DNA of 64,000 nucleotides from Bryobacterales bacterium (GCA_965222095.1 CBDCTD010000001.1:471390-535389); one strand, 5' to 3'; positions 36,504 through 47,000 are shown, numbered from the stretch's first letter. Numbers and translations: made by a program. The notes: generated by a model not told the origin, from the sequence alone.

Positions 36504-37976
36504 CTAGAGCTTCATCGCCACATCGACAAAAGTGCGAACCGGAAAACCAGTGGGACCTTTCGGCAGGTAAGGTTTAGATTCTTCCAGCCAGGCTGTGCCG
36601 GCGATATCGAGGTGTACCCAGGGGGTGGGATCGGCGAATTGCTTGAGGAACATCGCTGCCGTAACCGCGCCGCCCCAGCGGGGCCCGATGTTCGGGAGGT
36701 CGGCGATCACGCTTTTCAGTTTCTCCTTGTATTCCTCATCGAGCGGCATCGGCCATATCTTTTCGCCGGCGACCTCGGCCGAAGCCAGGACTTTATCCCG
36801 CCAAGAATCATCGTTCGCAAAGGCACCGGCCCTAACGTCTCCTAGCGCAACGACGATTGCGCCCGTGAGGGTTGCCGCGTCGATGAGATGGGTACAGCCT
36901 TGTTGCTGCGCGTAGGTGAGAGCGTCGGCCAGGATGAGGCGTCCTTCCGCGTCGGTATTGAGCACCTCGACGGTCTTGCCTGACATGGTGGTGACCACGT
37001 CCCCGGGACGCTGGGCTTGGGATCCCGGCATGTTTTCGACGGAAGGAATCAGGGCGGTGACAGGGATTGGGGGCTTACGATAAGCGATGGCCTGCATGGC
37101 GCCAAGCATGGCGGCGCCGCCCGCCATGTCATACTTCATCTGGTCCATATCGGGGGACGGCTTTAATGAAATGCCCCCTGTGTCAAACGTGACGGCTTTG
37201 CCGACGAGTCCTAGGTGAGAATCGCCAGACGACGGCTCTTCGGGACGGTATCGAACGACGATAAGTACCGGCGGCTGCGCGCTGCCCTGGGCCACCCCAA
37301 GCAGCGCGCCCATCTTAAGCTCCGTCAGCCGCTTCGTGTCTAGGACTTCCACTTCCAGGCCGGCGGCGTCAGCCATCTCAACGGCCTTTTCCGCCAGAAC
37401 GGTTGGAGGCAAATGGTTGCCTGGTTCATTGGCGAGGAATCTGGCGAAGTTCTGCGCGTCCGCGATCGCCGATCCGAGGTCAAGTTGATCTTGGTGCTCG
37501 GAGGGGGCCAGAACGATAAGCTCGTCGACGCGCTTTTCGTCGTCCTTGTCCTCTGTTTTGTAAGCATCGGGCTCGTAGTCGCCAAGGAGTGCACCCTCGA
37601 CGAGCATCTGGACCTGGTCCGCATCCGCAAAGTCCCCGGCGGGAGCCATCGCCAACCGGCGCACCCCTTTGGGCTTGAGAAATCTCAGCGCGGTTCCGGC
37701 AGCTTGGCGCAGTTTCGGTGGTGTGAACTCGGCCGGCTTGCCGCCTCCGACCAGTAGCAAACGCGAGGCCTTGAATCCGGCCGGGCGATGGATCAGAACG
37801 GTATCAAGAGCTTTCCCGGTGAACTCTTTGGATTCGTAGAGTTCCGTAATCAGGCCGCCGGTCAGTGAGTGATAGTCTCCCCCGGGGGGAGTATCATCGG
37901 ATGCCTCAAAGAGGACGACGGCGACAGCGTCGGCCTCGACGCTTTCGATTGAGGTGTGGAGCAGGTGTGTCTTCAT
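36504..37976 (-). CDS. pepA: leucyl aminopeptidase (M17)
   Basis: NTDAEGRLILADAL signature, GKAVTFDTGGISLKP and the VHLDIAG motif. Confidence 0.9.
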   Translation of the reverse strand: MKTHLLHTSIESVEADAVAVVLFEASDDTPPGGDYHSLTGGLITELYESKEFTGKALDTVLIHRPAGFKASRLLLVGGGKPAEFTPPKLRQAAGTALRFLKPKGVRRLAMAPAGDFADADQVQMLVEGALLGDYEPDAYKTEDKDDEKRVDELIVLAPSEHQDQLDLGSAIADAQNFARFLANEPGNHLPPTVLAEKAVEMADAAGLEVEVLDTKRLTELKMGALLGVAQGSAQPPVLIVVRYRPEEPSSGDSHLGLVGKAVTFDTGGISLKPSPDMDQMKYDMAGGAAMLGAMQAIAYRKPPIPVTALIPSVENMPGSQAQRPGDVVTTMSGKTVEVLNTDAEGRLILADALTYAQQQGCTHLIDAATLTGAIVVALGDVRAGAFANDDSWRDKVLASAEVAGEKIWPMPLDEEYKEKLKSVIADLPNIGPRWGGAVTAAMFLKQFADPTPWVHLDIAGTAWLEESKPYLPKGPTGFPVRTFVDVAMKL

Positions 37977-38211
37977 AAGGAATAGACATTGTAAACTGTC
38001 GAGCCGGGGGAAAACATCACATAGCTCCCCAGGGCAGAGGCAACGCGCATCATGGCTGACAGTTGTTCACCTAGAAGTGTGGATTGCAACGGCCGTCGGA
38101 TTTCAGCGAGTGGGTTTCGTAAGCAAATACCTTAGATGGAGTATCTCAGCAAAGCCGATCCCGTGTTAGCATGGATTTACCCCATTCTCGATCGACAAAG
38201 GGGAGAATGCC

Positions 38212-38433
38212 TTGGAAGCCCGCAAGCGCAGCATTGCGAAAGCTGCCAGTTACCGGTTTTTCGGATCCCTGATCACCGCTGGGATCGCCTTTCTACTGAC
38301 CGATCAGTGGGACATTGCCCTCGGGGTTGGTGCGTTGGACGGCGTCGCCAAGATGGCCGCCTATTTCCTGCACGAACGTGTCTGGGCCCGCATTCCCTGG
38401 GGCATGCCGAAGCGGCCCGATTACGAGATTTGA
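38212..38433 (+). CDS. small membrane protein (DUF2061-like)
   Basis: The 73-aa protein RSIAKAASYRFFGSLITAGIAFLLTDQWDIALGVGALDGVAKMAAYFLHERVW fits the DUF2061 pattern as remembered. It has a TTG start with AAGGGGAG upstream. Confidence 0.55.
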   Translation: MEARKRSIAKAASYRFFGSLITAGIAFLLTDQWDIALGVGALDGVAKMAAYFLHERVWARIPWGMPKRPDYEI

Positions 38434-38903
38434 GGGGGATCTCTCGACCATTTTTGAATTGTGCTCCTCCGGTTACTGGAGGTCGGCCGCTGCGGGGCCG
38501 GAGGCCCACGCCACAACGGGCCTGCTGGCGCGGCAGCCGGTCACCTTTCGTAACCGCTTGCGAAATGATGCGCCTAATCCGAAACCGTAAACAGCCCCCG
38601 GGGTGAGCCGTGGATGCCGGGGAACCGGATGTTCCGAACGCCCCGCGGGGTCGCCGGAAAGCATTCCCCTTCAGGCGGGAGTGTCGTTGGCGCCGTGAAA
38701 CCGCCTCGGATCGGCAAGCCCATCCTCGAACGGCGGATTTCCGATGCTACGACAATGAGAATGGAGTTCCCCCCGGTTGATTGGGGCAAAGGCACCAATC
38801 CCTCGCCTTTCATCCACGACTCACCCCGGAGGCCGCACGGTTGGCCACAGTTCGACGTCTCGACAATCGCATCTTGCGTGGTAACAGCCCAATCGTGGGC
38901 TTC

Positions 38904-38941
38904 GGGGTTCCGACAGTAACGGCGCAGAATCGCACGCTAAG
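38904..38941 (+). repeat. Tn3-family terminal inverted repeat (tnpA side)
   Basis: GGGGTTCCGACAGTAACGGCGCAGAATCGCACGCTAAG. Confidence 0.9.
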
Positions 38942-41912
38942 CGTCGTTTCCCGGACTCCTTAGGGGTCGGAGGCCTGGCGCTCGAGCCTCGATCTCGAAT
39001 CGGTACTTGCCATAGGGATTGACGTGCCCGTAGAGGGCAGGCGACAGATGGCCGAGATCGATGTCGCGGCCGATCCTCCCCTCGGCCCGCAGCCGTTCAA
39101 TGGCGGCGTTCATGTAGACGGTGTTCCAGGTGACGATGGCATTCGTGACCAAGTTTAGGCAGAGGATCTGATTCGTCTGCTGATCTGCTTGACGGCGCTG
39201 TAGCTTCCCTTCGTGAGCGAAGAATAGGAAGCGGCGCAGTGCGTGGAGGGCTTCTCCCTTGTTCAGCTGGCGGTGGATTCGACGACGATAATCCTGGTTC
39301 TCAATCCACCTTAGGATGAACTGGGTCTTGACGAGGCGCCCGAGATCGCGGAGGGCTCGGGACAAGACGTTCTCTCTTGCGCCGGCCTGGAGCTTAGAAA
39401 TCAGGAGCGATGCGGTCACCCAACCCAACTTGAGTGAGCCGGCCACCCGGAGGAGTTCGTCCCAGTTGTCGAGTAGGGTCTTGCTCCGAACCAATCCCTT
39501 CAGCAGAACCGCGACCCCTTCTTTCCGCGGAGGAGCATCGAGACGATACAAGCGCTGAGCGCCCAAGTCCCGGATGCGCGGGGCGAACTGCAGCCCCAGA
39601 AGATGAAACAGGGCGAAGACGATCTCGGTGTAGCCGGCGGTGTCGGTCGTGTGCTCGAGGATCGGAAGATCGGTCTGGTTATCGAGGATCTCGTCGAGGA
39701 CATAGGTCGCGTCACGAACCGTAGACGAGATGACCTTCGACCCGTACTGCGAGTACTGGTCCGAGGTCCAGGTGTAGAAAGTGAGGCCCCTTCCGAGGCC
39801 GAAATATTTCGGGAGCGCGGTCGCGTTCTCCGCCGAGCCTCGAACGGGGAATCGCTGGCCATCGGAGGAGGAGAGGGTTCCACCGCCCCAGGCCTCGGCA
39901 AGAGGCAGCTGGTGCTGGAAGTCCACGAGAGCCGAGAAGGCAGCTTTGAGCGTCTCCTCGCGCAGGTACCAGTCCGTGGTCCATGCGAGCTGGCGGTAGG
40001 TCAAATCGGCGATGTCGGCCATCGTCGTGAGGCCGAAGTTGCAGGCCTGGGCCAGGATCGCCGCGTACACGTGGCGCACCAGATCCGGATTTCGAGATCG
40101 AGCCCCACCGGCGTGCCGGAAGAACTGCGTGAACCCGGTCCAGGAGTCGACCTCGATCAGTACTTCCGCCAGCTCCACCCTCGGCAGGCGTTCGGCAACG
40201 AGGGCGTTCAGCTGAACGACCTCGTCGGGCAACTCCTCCATTGAAGCGGGCGAGAGCACGATCCGACCCTCCTCCAGGCGCAGGGTCTCCGACTCGGCGA
40301 TCTCGGTCTCACCGAGATGTTGGATGACTGCCTCCGTCGAGTTGGCGAGTGCTTCGAGGTGCTCTCTGGGTTCCTGCTCGAGACCGAGGATCCGGAGAGC
40401 CTCGGATCGCCGAGAAGTCCACTGAGAGCTGGGGATGAGGTACGTGGCGGGATCTGCGAATCGACGACTTCCTTGGAGCCAGATGGCGCCGGAGCGAAGG
40501 CCGTCACGGAGTTGGTAGAGAACACAGAGCTCGAAGAACCGGCGGTTGGCTCGCCCGTCGGATCCCAACAATTGGCCGCGCCACTTGGCGGAGGCGAACT
40601 CGAGTCCCGCGTCCTCGGGAACCCGCCGTCGTCGCTTGCGATTCAGCTCTCTCAGAATCTCGACTGCATCGATTAGGGGGTCGTCGGTCTTCAGGCTCTT
40701 GAAGTCCAGCACCCTCAGGACCAGTGGAGCGAATTTCCTGAGATGGCCATAGCGGTTCTCGACGAAGTCGAGATAGGAGCCGTCTCGCGGACGGAGAAGC
40801 TGCTCGGTTTCCTCGACCGCGGCCGCGAAGAGTTCGCGGGAAGCGACCTCCTCGAAGATGCGTCGACGCAGCTGCTCGTCCGGGATGTCCGGGTCGAGAA
40901 CGAGACATCCCAGACGTGAGAACAAGCGGACCTTCTCGTTGGTGGCCTGAGCGGTCGAGACTCGCCAGGCCTCGAGCTCCCGTCGCGAGCGGGAGTCGGT
41001 CTTCTTCAGCGCTCGATTAAAGAGATCGACGATCTCGTCAACGAGGTCAATCGTGGTCTCGTGAAGCAAGGCCACGAGGATGGGATAACGCCGGCGATCG
41101 GGCATCCGCTGGAGGGTCTGACTCGTGGAACGACGACCAACTTGGGCCAAGAACTTTCGGCGATTCGGATTCAAATCGCTGAGGTCCCACTCATGGGCCC
41201 CCAGCTGGCGGAGAAACGCCAGTTTGGCCACCTCGCTCTTGATGGAGCCCGGGCTCTCGCCAGAAGCACCCTGCCCGAGCCACTTGAGGGTCGACCAGCT
41301 GTTCGAGGCCTTGGCCTCGAGCAGACCATCGAGCTGGGCTCGCCTCTCGGCGCTCAGCAAGGGCTCGACCAGGGTGTACGTTCTCTCCTGTGCGCGACCG
41401 CGCGCCGAACTGACAAGTCGTACGATTCGGTCGGGTGCTGGAAAGACGAGCCTCGCGGTGCGCAACCGCTCACGAGCGAGGCGAAAGAGAACCTTCGGAG
41501 CATCGTGCTCAAGGGCCCGTTCGACAAGCCAAGCTTCGAGTTCTTCCAAGTCCCGTGACCGGAGCATCGAGAAGCCGAGGGGTTCCCGAACCTCGGTGAA
41601 GTGCTGTCGGCGCGTCTGCTCGCGTCGAGCGTAGGATTGAATCTCGTCCGGGCTGACCTCGAGCTGGTCCGCGACAAAGCAGGCGGCGGATCGCGGAGCT
41701 GCGCTCAAATTGCGCGGAACGAAGCCGAGGTAGCGAAGTGCACAAAGCTGAAGCGCGAGCCCCAAGCGGTTTGCTGCCCCCCGCCGGATGACGACGAGGT
41801 CCCGGTCGGCACCCGTCAGCGTGAATGCTCTGATCAGGTCATCGCTCGGAATTTCCTCGGGAAAGCCGGCCAACCTAGCCAACTCAGTCTCTGAGAAAAT
41901 AGATGCCGACAC
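38937..41912 (-). CDS. tnpA: Tn3-family transposase
   Basis: 991 aa with an N-terminal DUF4158-like region (FSETELARLAGFPEEIPSDDLIRAFTL...NRLGLALQLCALRYLGF). The C-terminal DDE domain includes ...HTTDTAGYTEIVFALFHLLGLQFAPRIRD.... Confidence 0.95.
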   Translation of the reverse strand: MSASIFSETELARLAGFPEEIPSDDLIRAFTLTGADRDLVVIRRGAANRLGLALQLCALRYLGFVPRNLSAAPRSAACFVADQLEVSPDEIQSYARREQTRRQHFTEVREPLGFSMLRSRDLEELEAWLVERALEHDAPKVLFRLARERLRTARLVFPAPDRIVRLVSSARGRAQERTYTLVEPLLSAERRAQLDGLLEAKASNSWSTLKWLGQGASGESPGSIKSEVAKLAFLRQLGAHEWDLSDLNPNRRKFLAQVGRRSTSQTLQRMPDRRRYPILVALLHETTIDLVDEIVDLFNRALKKTDSRSRRELEAWRVSTAQATNEKVRLFSRLGCLVLDPDIPDEQLRRRIFEEVASRELFAAAVEETEQLLRPRDGSYLDFVENRYGHLRKFAPLVLRVLDFKSLKTDDPLIDAVEILRELNRKRRRRVPEDAGLEFASAKWRGQLLGSDGRANRRFFELCVLYQLRDGLRSGAIWLQGSRRFADPATYLIPSSQWTSRRSEALRILGLEQEPREHLEALANSTEAVIQHLGETEIAESETLRLEEGRIVLSPASMEELPDEVVQLNALVAERLPRVELAEVLIEVDSWTGFTQFFRHAGGARSRNPDLVRHVYAAILAQACNFGLTTMADIADLTYRQLAWTTDWYLREETLKAAFSALVDFQHQLPLAEAWGGGTLSSSDGQRFPVRGSAENATALPKYFGLGRGLTFYTWTSDQYSQYGSKVISSTVRDATYVLDEILDNQTDLPILEHTTDTAGYTEIVFALFHLLGLQFAPRIRDLGAQRLYRLDAPPRKEGVAVLLKGLVRSKTLLDNWDELLRVAGSLKLGWVTASLLISKLQAGARENVLSRALRDLGRLVKTQFILRWIENQDYRRRIHRQLNKGEALHALRRFLFFAHEGKLQRRQADQQTNQILCLNLVTNAIVTWNTVYMNAAIERLRAEGRIGRDIDLGHLSPALYGHVNPYGKYRFEIEARAPGLRPLRSPGNDA

Positions 41913-42028
41913 TGATGTCTCTTCCGATTGGAGCCGAAGGTTTCCGACTCGTAGTTTAAGATACCGATTGTGAGACCGCCCAAGGCACGGATTTCGCTCC
42001 CTTCTCAGGCGTCACAGAAACGGTCGTT

Positions 42029-42652
42029 TTGGAGACGCCAGTGCTGATCGGCTACGCGCGGATCTCGAAGGCGGACGGTTCCCAGAGCCTCGACCTGCAG
42101 AGGGATGCTCTGCGCGAGGCCGGCGTCAGCGACGACGCGATCTACGAGGACCAAGCATCCGGACAGCGTGAGGACCGCCCGGGGCTCGCCGCCTTCCTCA
42201 AGGCGGCGCGGCAGGGAGACGTGATCGTCGTCTGGAGGCTCGATCGCCTCGGTCGCAATCTCCGCCATCTCGTCAACCTGGTGCAGGACCTCAACGACAG
42301 GGACATCGGGATCCGGGTGCTCGCCGGCCAAGGGGCCAGCATCGACACGACGACGGCCAGCGGAAAGTTGGTCTTCGCGCTCTTCGCGGCTTTGGCGGAA
42401 TTCGAACGAGAGCTGATCCGGGAACGGACCCTCGCTGGATTGGCCTCTGCACGAGCCAGGGGCAGGAAGGGAGGGCGCCCTCACGCGCTGAGCAAAGCGC
42501 AGGTGCGGCTAGCTCAGGCAGCGATGGCGCAGCGCGACACGAAGGTCAGCGAGCTATGCCTGGAGCTAGGCGTAACCAAGGCGACCATCTACCGCTACGT
42601 AGCGCCGGATGGTTCCTTGAGAAACCGAGGGCGACAGGTCCTGGCTCGCTAG
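42029..42652 (+). CDS. tnpR: serine recombinase / resolvase
   Basis: LIGYARISKADGSQSLDLQRDAL (catalytic Ser region), ...VVWRLDRLGR..., and a C-terminal HTH (VSELCLELGVTKATIYRY). The true start may be GTG 42041. Confidence 0.9.
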   Translation: METPVLIGYARISKADGSQSLDLQRDALREAGVSDDAIYEDQASGQREDRPGLAAFLKAARQGDVIVVWRLDRLGRNLRHLVNLVQDLNDRDIGIRVLAGQGASIDTTTASGKLVFALFAALAEFERELIRERTLAGLASARARGRKGGRPHALSKAQVRLAQAAMAQRDTKVSELCLELGVTKATIYRYVAPDGSLRNRGRQVLAR

Positions 42653-42670
42653 GCGGTCCCAACAGCGGCC

Positions 42671-42708
42671 CTTAACGTGCGATTTTGCTCCGTTACTGTC
42701 GGAACCCC
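42671..42708 (-). repeat. Tn3-family terminal inverted repeat (tnpR side)
   Basis: CTTAACGTGCGATTTTGCTCCGTTACTGTCGGAACCCC. Its reverse complement differs from the left IR at 3 positions. Confidence 0.9.
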
Positions 42709-42869
42709 TACACTCAGCAAGGATCTCAATCACCGCATTCTCAAAACAGCTCCCCGAAGCACCCTCGACGAGATCGGAGAAGCCATCGGCATACATCAAT
42801 TCCGCGAGGCTTGGGGTGGGTATCTGTGCGCTATCACAGGCCAGGCGCTCGGACACCGGCGTTCTTTTT

Positions 42870-43874
42870 TCAATCCGCAACTTGAATGTGACCGCGGTGG
42901 GTTACGTTCACTTTCGGTCCGGCTTCCACGCGCAGCGGGACTCGTCCTCGGATATCTTTGGGATTAGCAATGGTTAGTACATACGAGTGAGCTATCCGCT
43001 CCACCTGCTGCTTGAGGAATGCGGGAATCTCGGAAACACTGCTACAGAAAAGCGCCTCCCCGCCTGTTGTTTGGGCGAACTGTCGCAAACCATCTTGGTA
43101 GGCGAGGTCGAGGCGGTTTGTACGCCTCTCCAAATGCAGGAAGAACATGGGCGCCCAGGATTGGTGCAGCGAATTCGTGATTGTCGTGATTCTCTCCCGG
43201 ATGACTCTGTCGCGGAAACGGCGGCTGAGATCCGTACGGTCACTGGGGTTGATGACTGGATTCGAGTAGTCGCCGCGATACTGACGAATGCTCCCGTCGG
43301 TAATCGAAAGCACCGCGACCCGTACTTCGGATTCACGCAGCATTCGGTCGGCGATGGTGGAAGCCCGCTCGACGGACTCGAGCAAGCTTGGGAAACGAGA
43401 GACCTGAAGATTCGAGATGAGTTCCTCAAGCTTTTCGTGGTCCCTTGTCGGGTCTGCCAGTACCTGTAAGCCGTCCCCTGCCTGGAGGAGTGCGACATAC
43501 GGGGGTGGCCCCAGGTTGTCGATTGCTTCGATGAGTGCGCGGCGCGCGACATCCACGCGGTTAAGATCTCCCGCCAAGTCCAGAAGCACTAACAGGATCA
43601 AGTTGTCGCTCGCGGTTAGGACGTTTGCAACCTCCACTTTTTGGTTGTCCAACCGGACGCGGAAGTTTTCCGCCTGCAAGTCGCTTTGGAAACTCCCTTG
43701 ACTGTCTTGGACTCGCACCGAAACTTTGAGCGCAGCTTGGAGGGGAATACACAGACTCAGAGTCAGCAACAGTAGATAGCAGCGAGAGCAGGGAGGAGCC
43801 CGCATATTTATCGCCGAATCGTCGCCGCGCGTCGTTGCGTTCGCCCGGCCGCCGCGCACGAAGCTAGCCCGCAT
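42870..43874 (-). CDS. secreted VWA-domain protein (VWFA-related acidobacterial type)
   Basis: The likely start is Met 43805 (MRAPPCSRCYLLLLTLSLCIPLQA signal). The beta-sandwich-like N-terminus (FRVRLDNQKVEVANV) followed by a VWA-like core (LILLVLLDLAGD..., VAVLSITDGS..., TTGGEALF) fits that family as remembered. Confidence 0.6.
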   Translation of the reverse strand: MRASFVRGGRANATTRGDDSAINMRAPPCSRCYLLLLTLSLCIPLQAALKVSVRVQDSQGSFQSDLQAENFRVRLDNQKVEVANVLTASDNLILLVLLDLAGDLNRVDVARRALIEAIDNLGPPPYVALLQAGDGLQVLADPTRDHEKLEELISNLQVSRFPSLLESVERASTIADRMLRESEVRVAVLSITDGSIRQYRGDYSNPVINPSDRTDLSRRFRDRVIRERITTITNSLHQSWAPMFFLHLERRTNRLDLAYQDGLRQFAQTTGGEALFCSSVSEIPAFLKQQVERIAHSYVLTIANPKDIRGRVPLRVEAGPKVNVTHRGHIQVAD

Positions 43875-43903
43875 TTCTCACCACCTGACGGTCGAAGCAC
43901 GCG
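43867..43903 (-). promoter_or_regulatory. conserved upstream motif, copy 2 (UP motif)
   Basis: GCCCGCATTTCTCACCACCTGACGGTCGAAGCACGCG, about 60-100 nt upstream of the probable VWA gene start at 43805. Confidence 0.5.
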
Positions 43904-44070
43904 ATAGACCCGCCATTACTTCGTTGCGCTTGCTTCGCCGTGCTCAACTGATGCCGCCTGTTGCAGGGACAACGGGCCCGCGGGGTCTGCCGCTACACAG
44001 TTCGATTTCCGCATGCCTCCGAAAAACGTCGAAGAATGACGGCTACCGCGCCGGCGTACCGCGATCGGTC

Positions 44071-47000
44071 TCAGAAATTGAACTGCAGACCGAGCTGGAC
44101 GACGCGGCCTCCCCGCGACCCGATGATCTTGCCCGCATTGGCATTCGGCGCCTCTGCCGACCCGATATAAGCGTCCGGGTCGTTCCAGTTTGCGTGGTTG
44201 AGGAAGTTAAATCCTTCGAAGAGGATATCGAGACTCCGCTCACTCGGCAGCGGTAGACGCTTGCTCACGGAGAGATCGTGATTATGGAAGCCTGGATTCC
44301 TGAGCGAAGGATGGGATCGTGGTACGTTGCCGATCGAAAAATCGCTGGGGTTGACAAAGGCTGCCGGGTTGAACCAGAGTTCGGGACCCGGGTCATTGAC
44401 GTGGGCGTCGGCACCGGGCACTGCCTGGGCACGCAGGTACGGCACGACGCCGCCGGTGTTGTTGAATTCGGGCCGCAAGGCGATCGGATCACCGCTTCCC
44501 CAGCGCGTGAACCCGCGGACGGACCAATTCCCGAGAATTCCGCTCAGCAAGCCCCGACTGCGCAGGAACGCTTTTCCCTGTCCAAAGGGAATCTCGTAGG
44601 AATACGAAAGGGACATGCGTTGAGGACGTACCCACGGTGTCAACGCCCACTCGCCGTCACGGTCGAAATAGTCTTGTACTCCCGGCCCCGAGTAGTCGTC
44701 GTACTGCCTTCGCAGCCGGTAGGAGAAATCAAAAGCCAAGCCCTGTGAGGCCTGTTTCTCGATTTCGATCGATCCGGACTGGGACTGATAGCGGCCCAGG
44801 GGGTAAAGGCGGCCTGTGTCGACGGTTTGAAACTGAGGATAGGGCCGGAGCGATCTCCGGAAGCTCTCATCGTTCAGCTGATCGCGAAAAGCCAGCGCAT
44901 CAAGGGGAACCGCATTGATTCCCGCGACGTTCCCGTTGACCAGCAAGTTATCAGCTCGCCTTACCCTGCCTTCGAGCCGAAGCATGATTCCCAACGGCAT
45001 TCGACGTTCGAAGTCCAGGGTGAGATAGCGGTAACGGGGCAAGCGGTCGGTGTTGGCAACGTAATCGGCGTCGGTATCATTGGCAGCGGCTGGTGACAAG
45101 TGCGGCAAGGGGGTGCCTAGCGGCGCCAGGCCCTGACCAAGCACCACAGCCGGTTGGAGCTGCTCGTTAGCAGAGAAGAAAGTGCGCCTAGCACTGAAAC
45201 CCTGCGTGGCAAACGGGCCGGGTCTTAGAGGAATCGAGCCGTACCGCTGCGCGACGCTCATTCGGACGACCGTGCCGCGTTTACGAGAGGGGCTCCACGA
45301 GAACCCAGCCTGGGGTTCAAGTCGCGCTTGTGAGGGCTGAAAGGCTCTTCCCGCACCGTCGCGGCCTGCGAAAACGAGCGCGCCCGGGCGTCCGTTCTCC
45401 GGGTTGATCGAGTCGACGTCGATCGTTGACTGGCGGTTGAACTTTTCAACCCTTGGTGTACTGACTTCGAGACGCACTGACAGGGTCGCGGTTAAGTTCG
45501 GGGTCAGCTCGTATTCGTCCTGAACTTGGCTGCGCCAAAACTTGCGACGCAAGTAGGAAGGCTGCAGCAGATCGGTCGCCTCCGCCCGAGAAGAGTGGCC
45601 CAACAGGAAGTTCGCGAAAGAATTCCCCGTGTTAATGACGCCGGGCAGACCCGTGAGATCATCGTTGAACCGCAGCGACCCGGACGGCGAATCGGGCTCG
45701 AAGGTGTTGAGCTGATAAAACCTCAGCGAGGAAGACAGGGTCCACGCGTGCTTGCCGCGCCGCAACGCTAGAGCATGTCCGGTGCCATAGGTCGTCCAGA
45801 AATTGCGGAGATACGCACCCTGCGGCCCTCCCAACCCCAAGTATTCGTTGAACCGTACAGTGGGAAAGACGCCACCACTGACGCCGTCGAGACCAAGCTC
45901 CTGCGGGATGTTCAGGTCTTCGTTGCCCAATCCCGGCGTCCGAACACCGGACGAGTTGACGCTAAAGGAAGCCGTGTAGACGGACCGCGGTGAAATGGAA
46001 AAACTATCGGACAGCTCCGCTCGTCGGTTGGAAAAAAGACGGTCGGGCCTCCCGGGGTTGCCAATCGTCGGGTAAAGGTCGGCGGTGCCATGGAAGCCTT
46101 TCGAATAGGCTACGTCCAAGGCAAGTTTGTGCTTCCGAGAAACGTTCCGGTCGACTCGAAGAATAAAGCCTTCCGGCGTGCTGACTTGCGGCGAGTTGAC
46201 CCAGTAGTTGTTTTGCAAAAAGGGGCCCACGTTCGCGTTAGGAAACGGATAGTGCGGGAGAGTCGCCTGAGCTACCCGGTCTGAGCGAGTGGGCGGGATT
46301 ACATTGTTCGGGAAAGGCGTGCGTACATACTCCAGGTTGTCGCGCGAGACCGGCTGCGACCGGTCGTAGACGGAGTTCAACTGGGTGGTCGCCGGGTCGT
46401 AAACCGTGACTGGCTGCCCAGCTTTGTCGACCAAGTCCGAAAAGTCGCTGCTGCGCTGCAACGCGGTAGGCAGGGTTGCCAGCTTCGACCTCCCAACCCT
46501 CTCGCGAGTGGCTTCAAAAGACAAGGTAAAGAAAGTCGAACGCTGCCCGCGGTAAACCGTAGGGATATAGACTGGGCCGTTAACGCTGAATCCGAACTGG
46601 TTACGGCGCAGAACGTTCCGATCTCCTCCCCGCTGTACGACCTGATGGGGCACAGCGTCGAGACGGTCATTCCTGAGGAGCTCGTAGATTCGGCCGTGCC
46701 AAAGCTTCCCAGGCTGAACCAGCGTGTTTCCCCGACCGTTCCCAACCCGAGCGCCAAGCCGCTCCGTCTCGCGTTGGAACACTCTGATTGCGTCTCCGAT
46801 TTCCTTACCAACGGCTTGGAATTGGTCCGGGCCGGGGGAGAGGGCTTTCACTGCGTCCAAACCATCGGTCGAATCCGCCGAAAACGCGGGTTCCGGCAGC
46901 AAGTGATCGCCAGCTTCAGTGAGCTGTTGAGCCGAGTCGGAGCCCTCCGACGCCGGTTCGCCGCTGCCATTTGAAGCATCGGCATGCTCTGGTGATTCGG

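Larger units (their letters stand above)
38904..42708. mobile_element. minimal Tn3-family transposon (IR-tnpA / res / tnpR-IR), 3805 bp
   Basis: 38-bp terminal IRs match at 35 of 38 positions and have the canonical GGGG...ACGCTAAG ends. tnpA and tnpR are divergent. The tnpA stop lies inside the left IR. Confidence 0.9.

Noticed and set aside
38595-38640. GAGCCGTGGATGCCGGGGAACCGGATGTTCCGAAC looks superficially like group II intron domain V.
   Set aside because: The stems do not pair in the domain V pattern. There is no reverse-transcriptase ORF or GUGYG 5' end nearby.
38434-38903. The structured GC-rich region could be RNase P RNA, tmRNA or a cobalamin riboswitch.
   Set aside because: The hallmark motifs could not be found on either strand by eye: GAGGAAAGTCCGGGC for RNase P RNA, a tag ORF with a tRNA-like CCA end for tmRNA, and the B12 box for the cobalamin riboswitch. 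The region is kept as an unexplained finding only.
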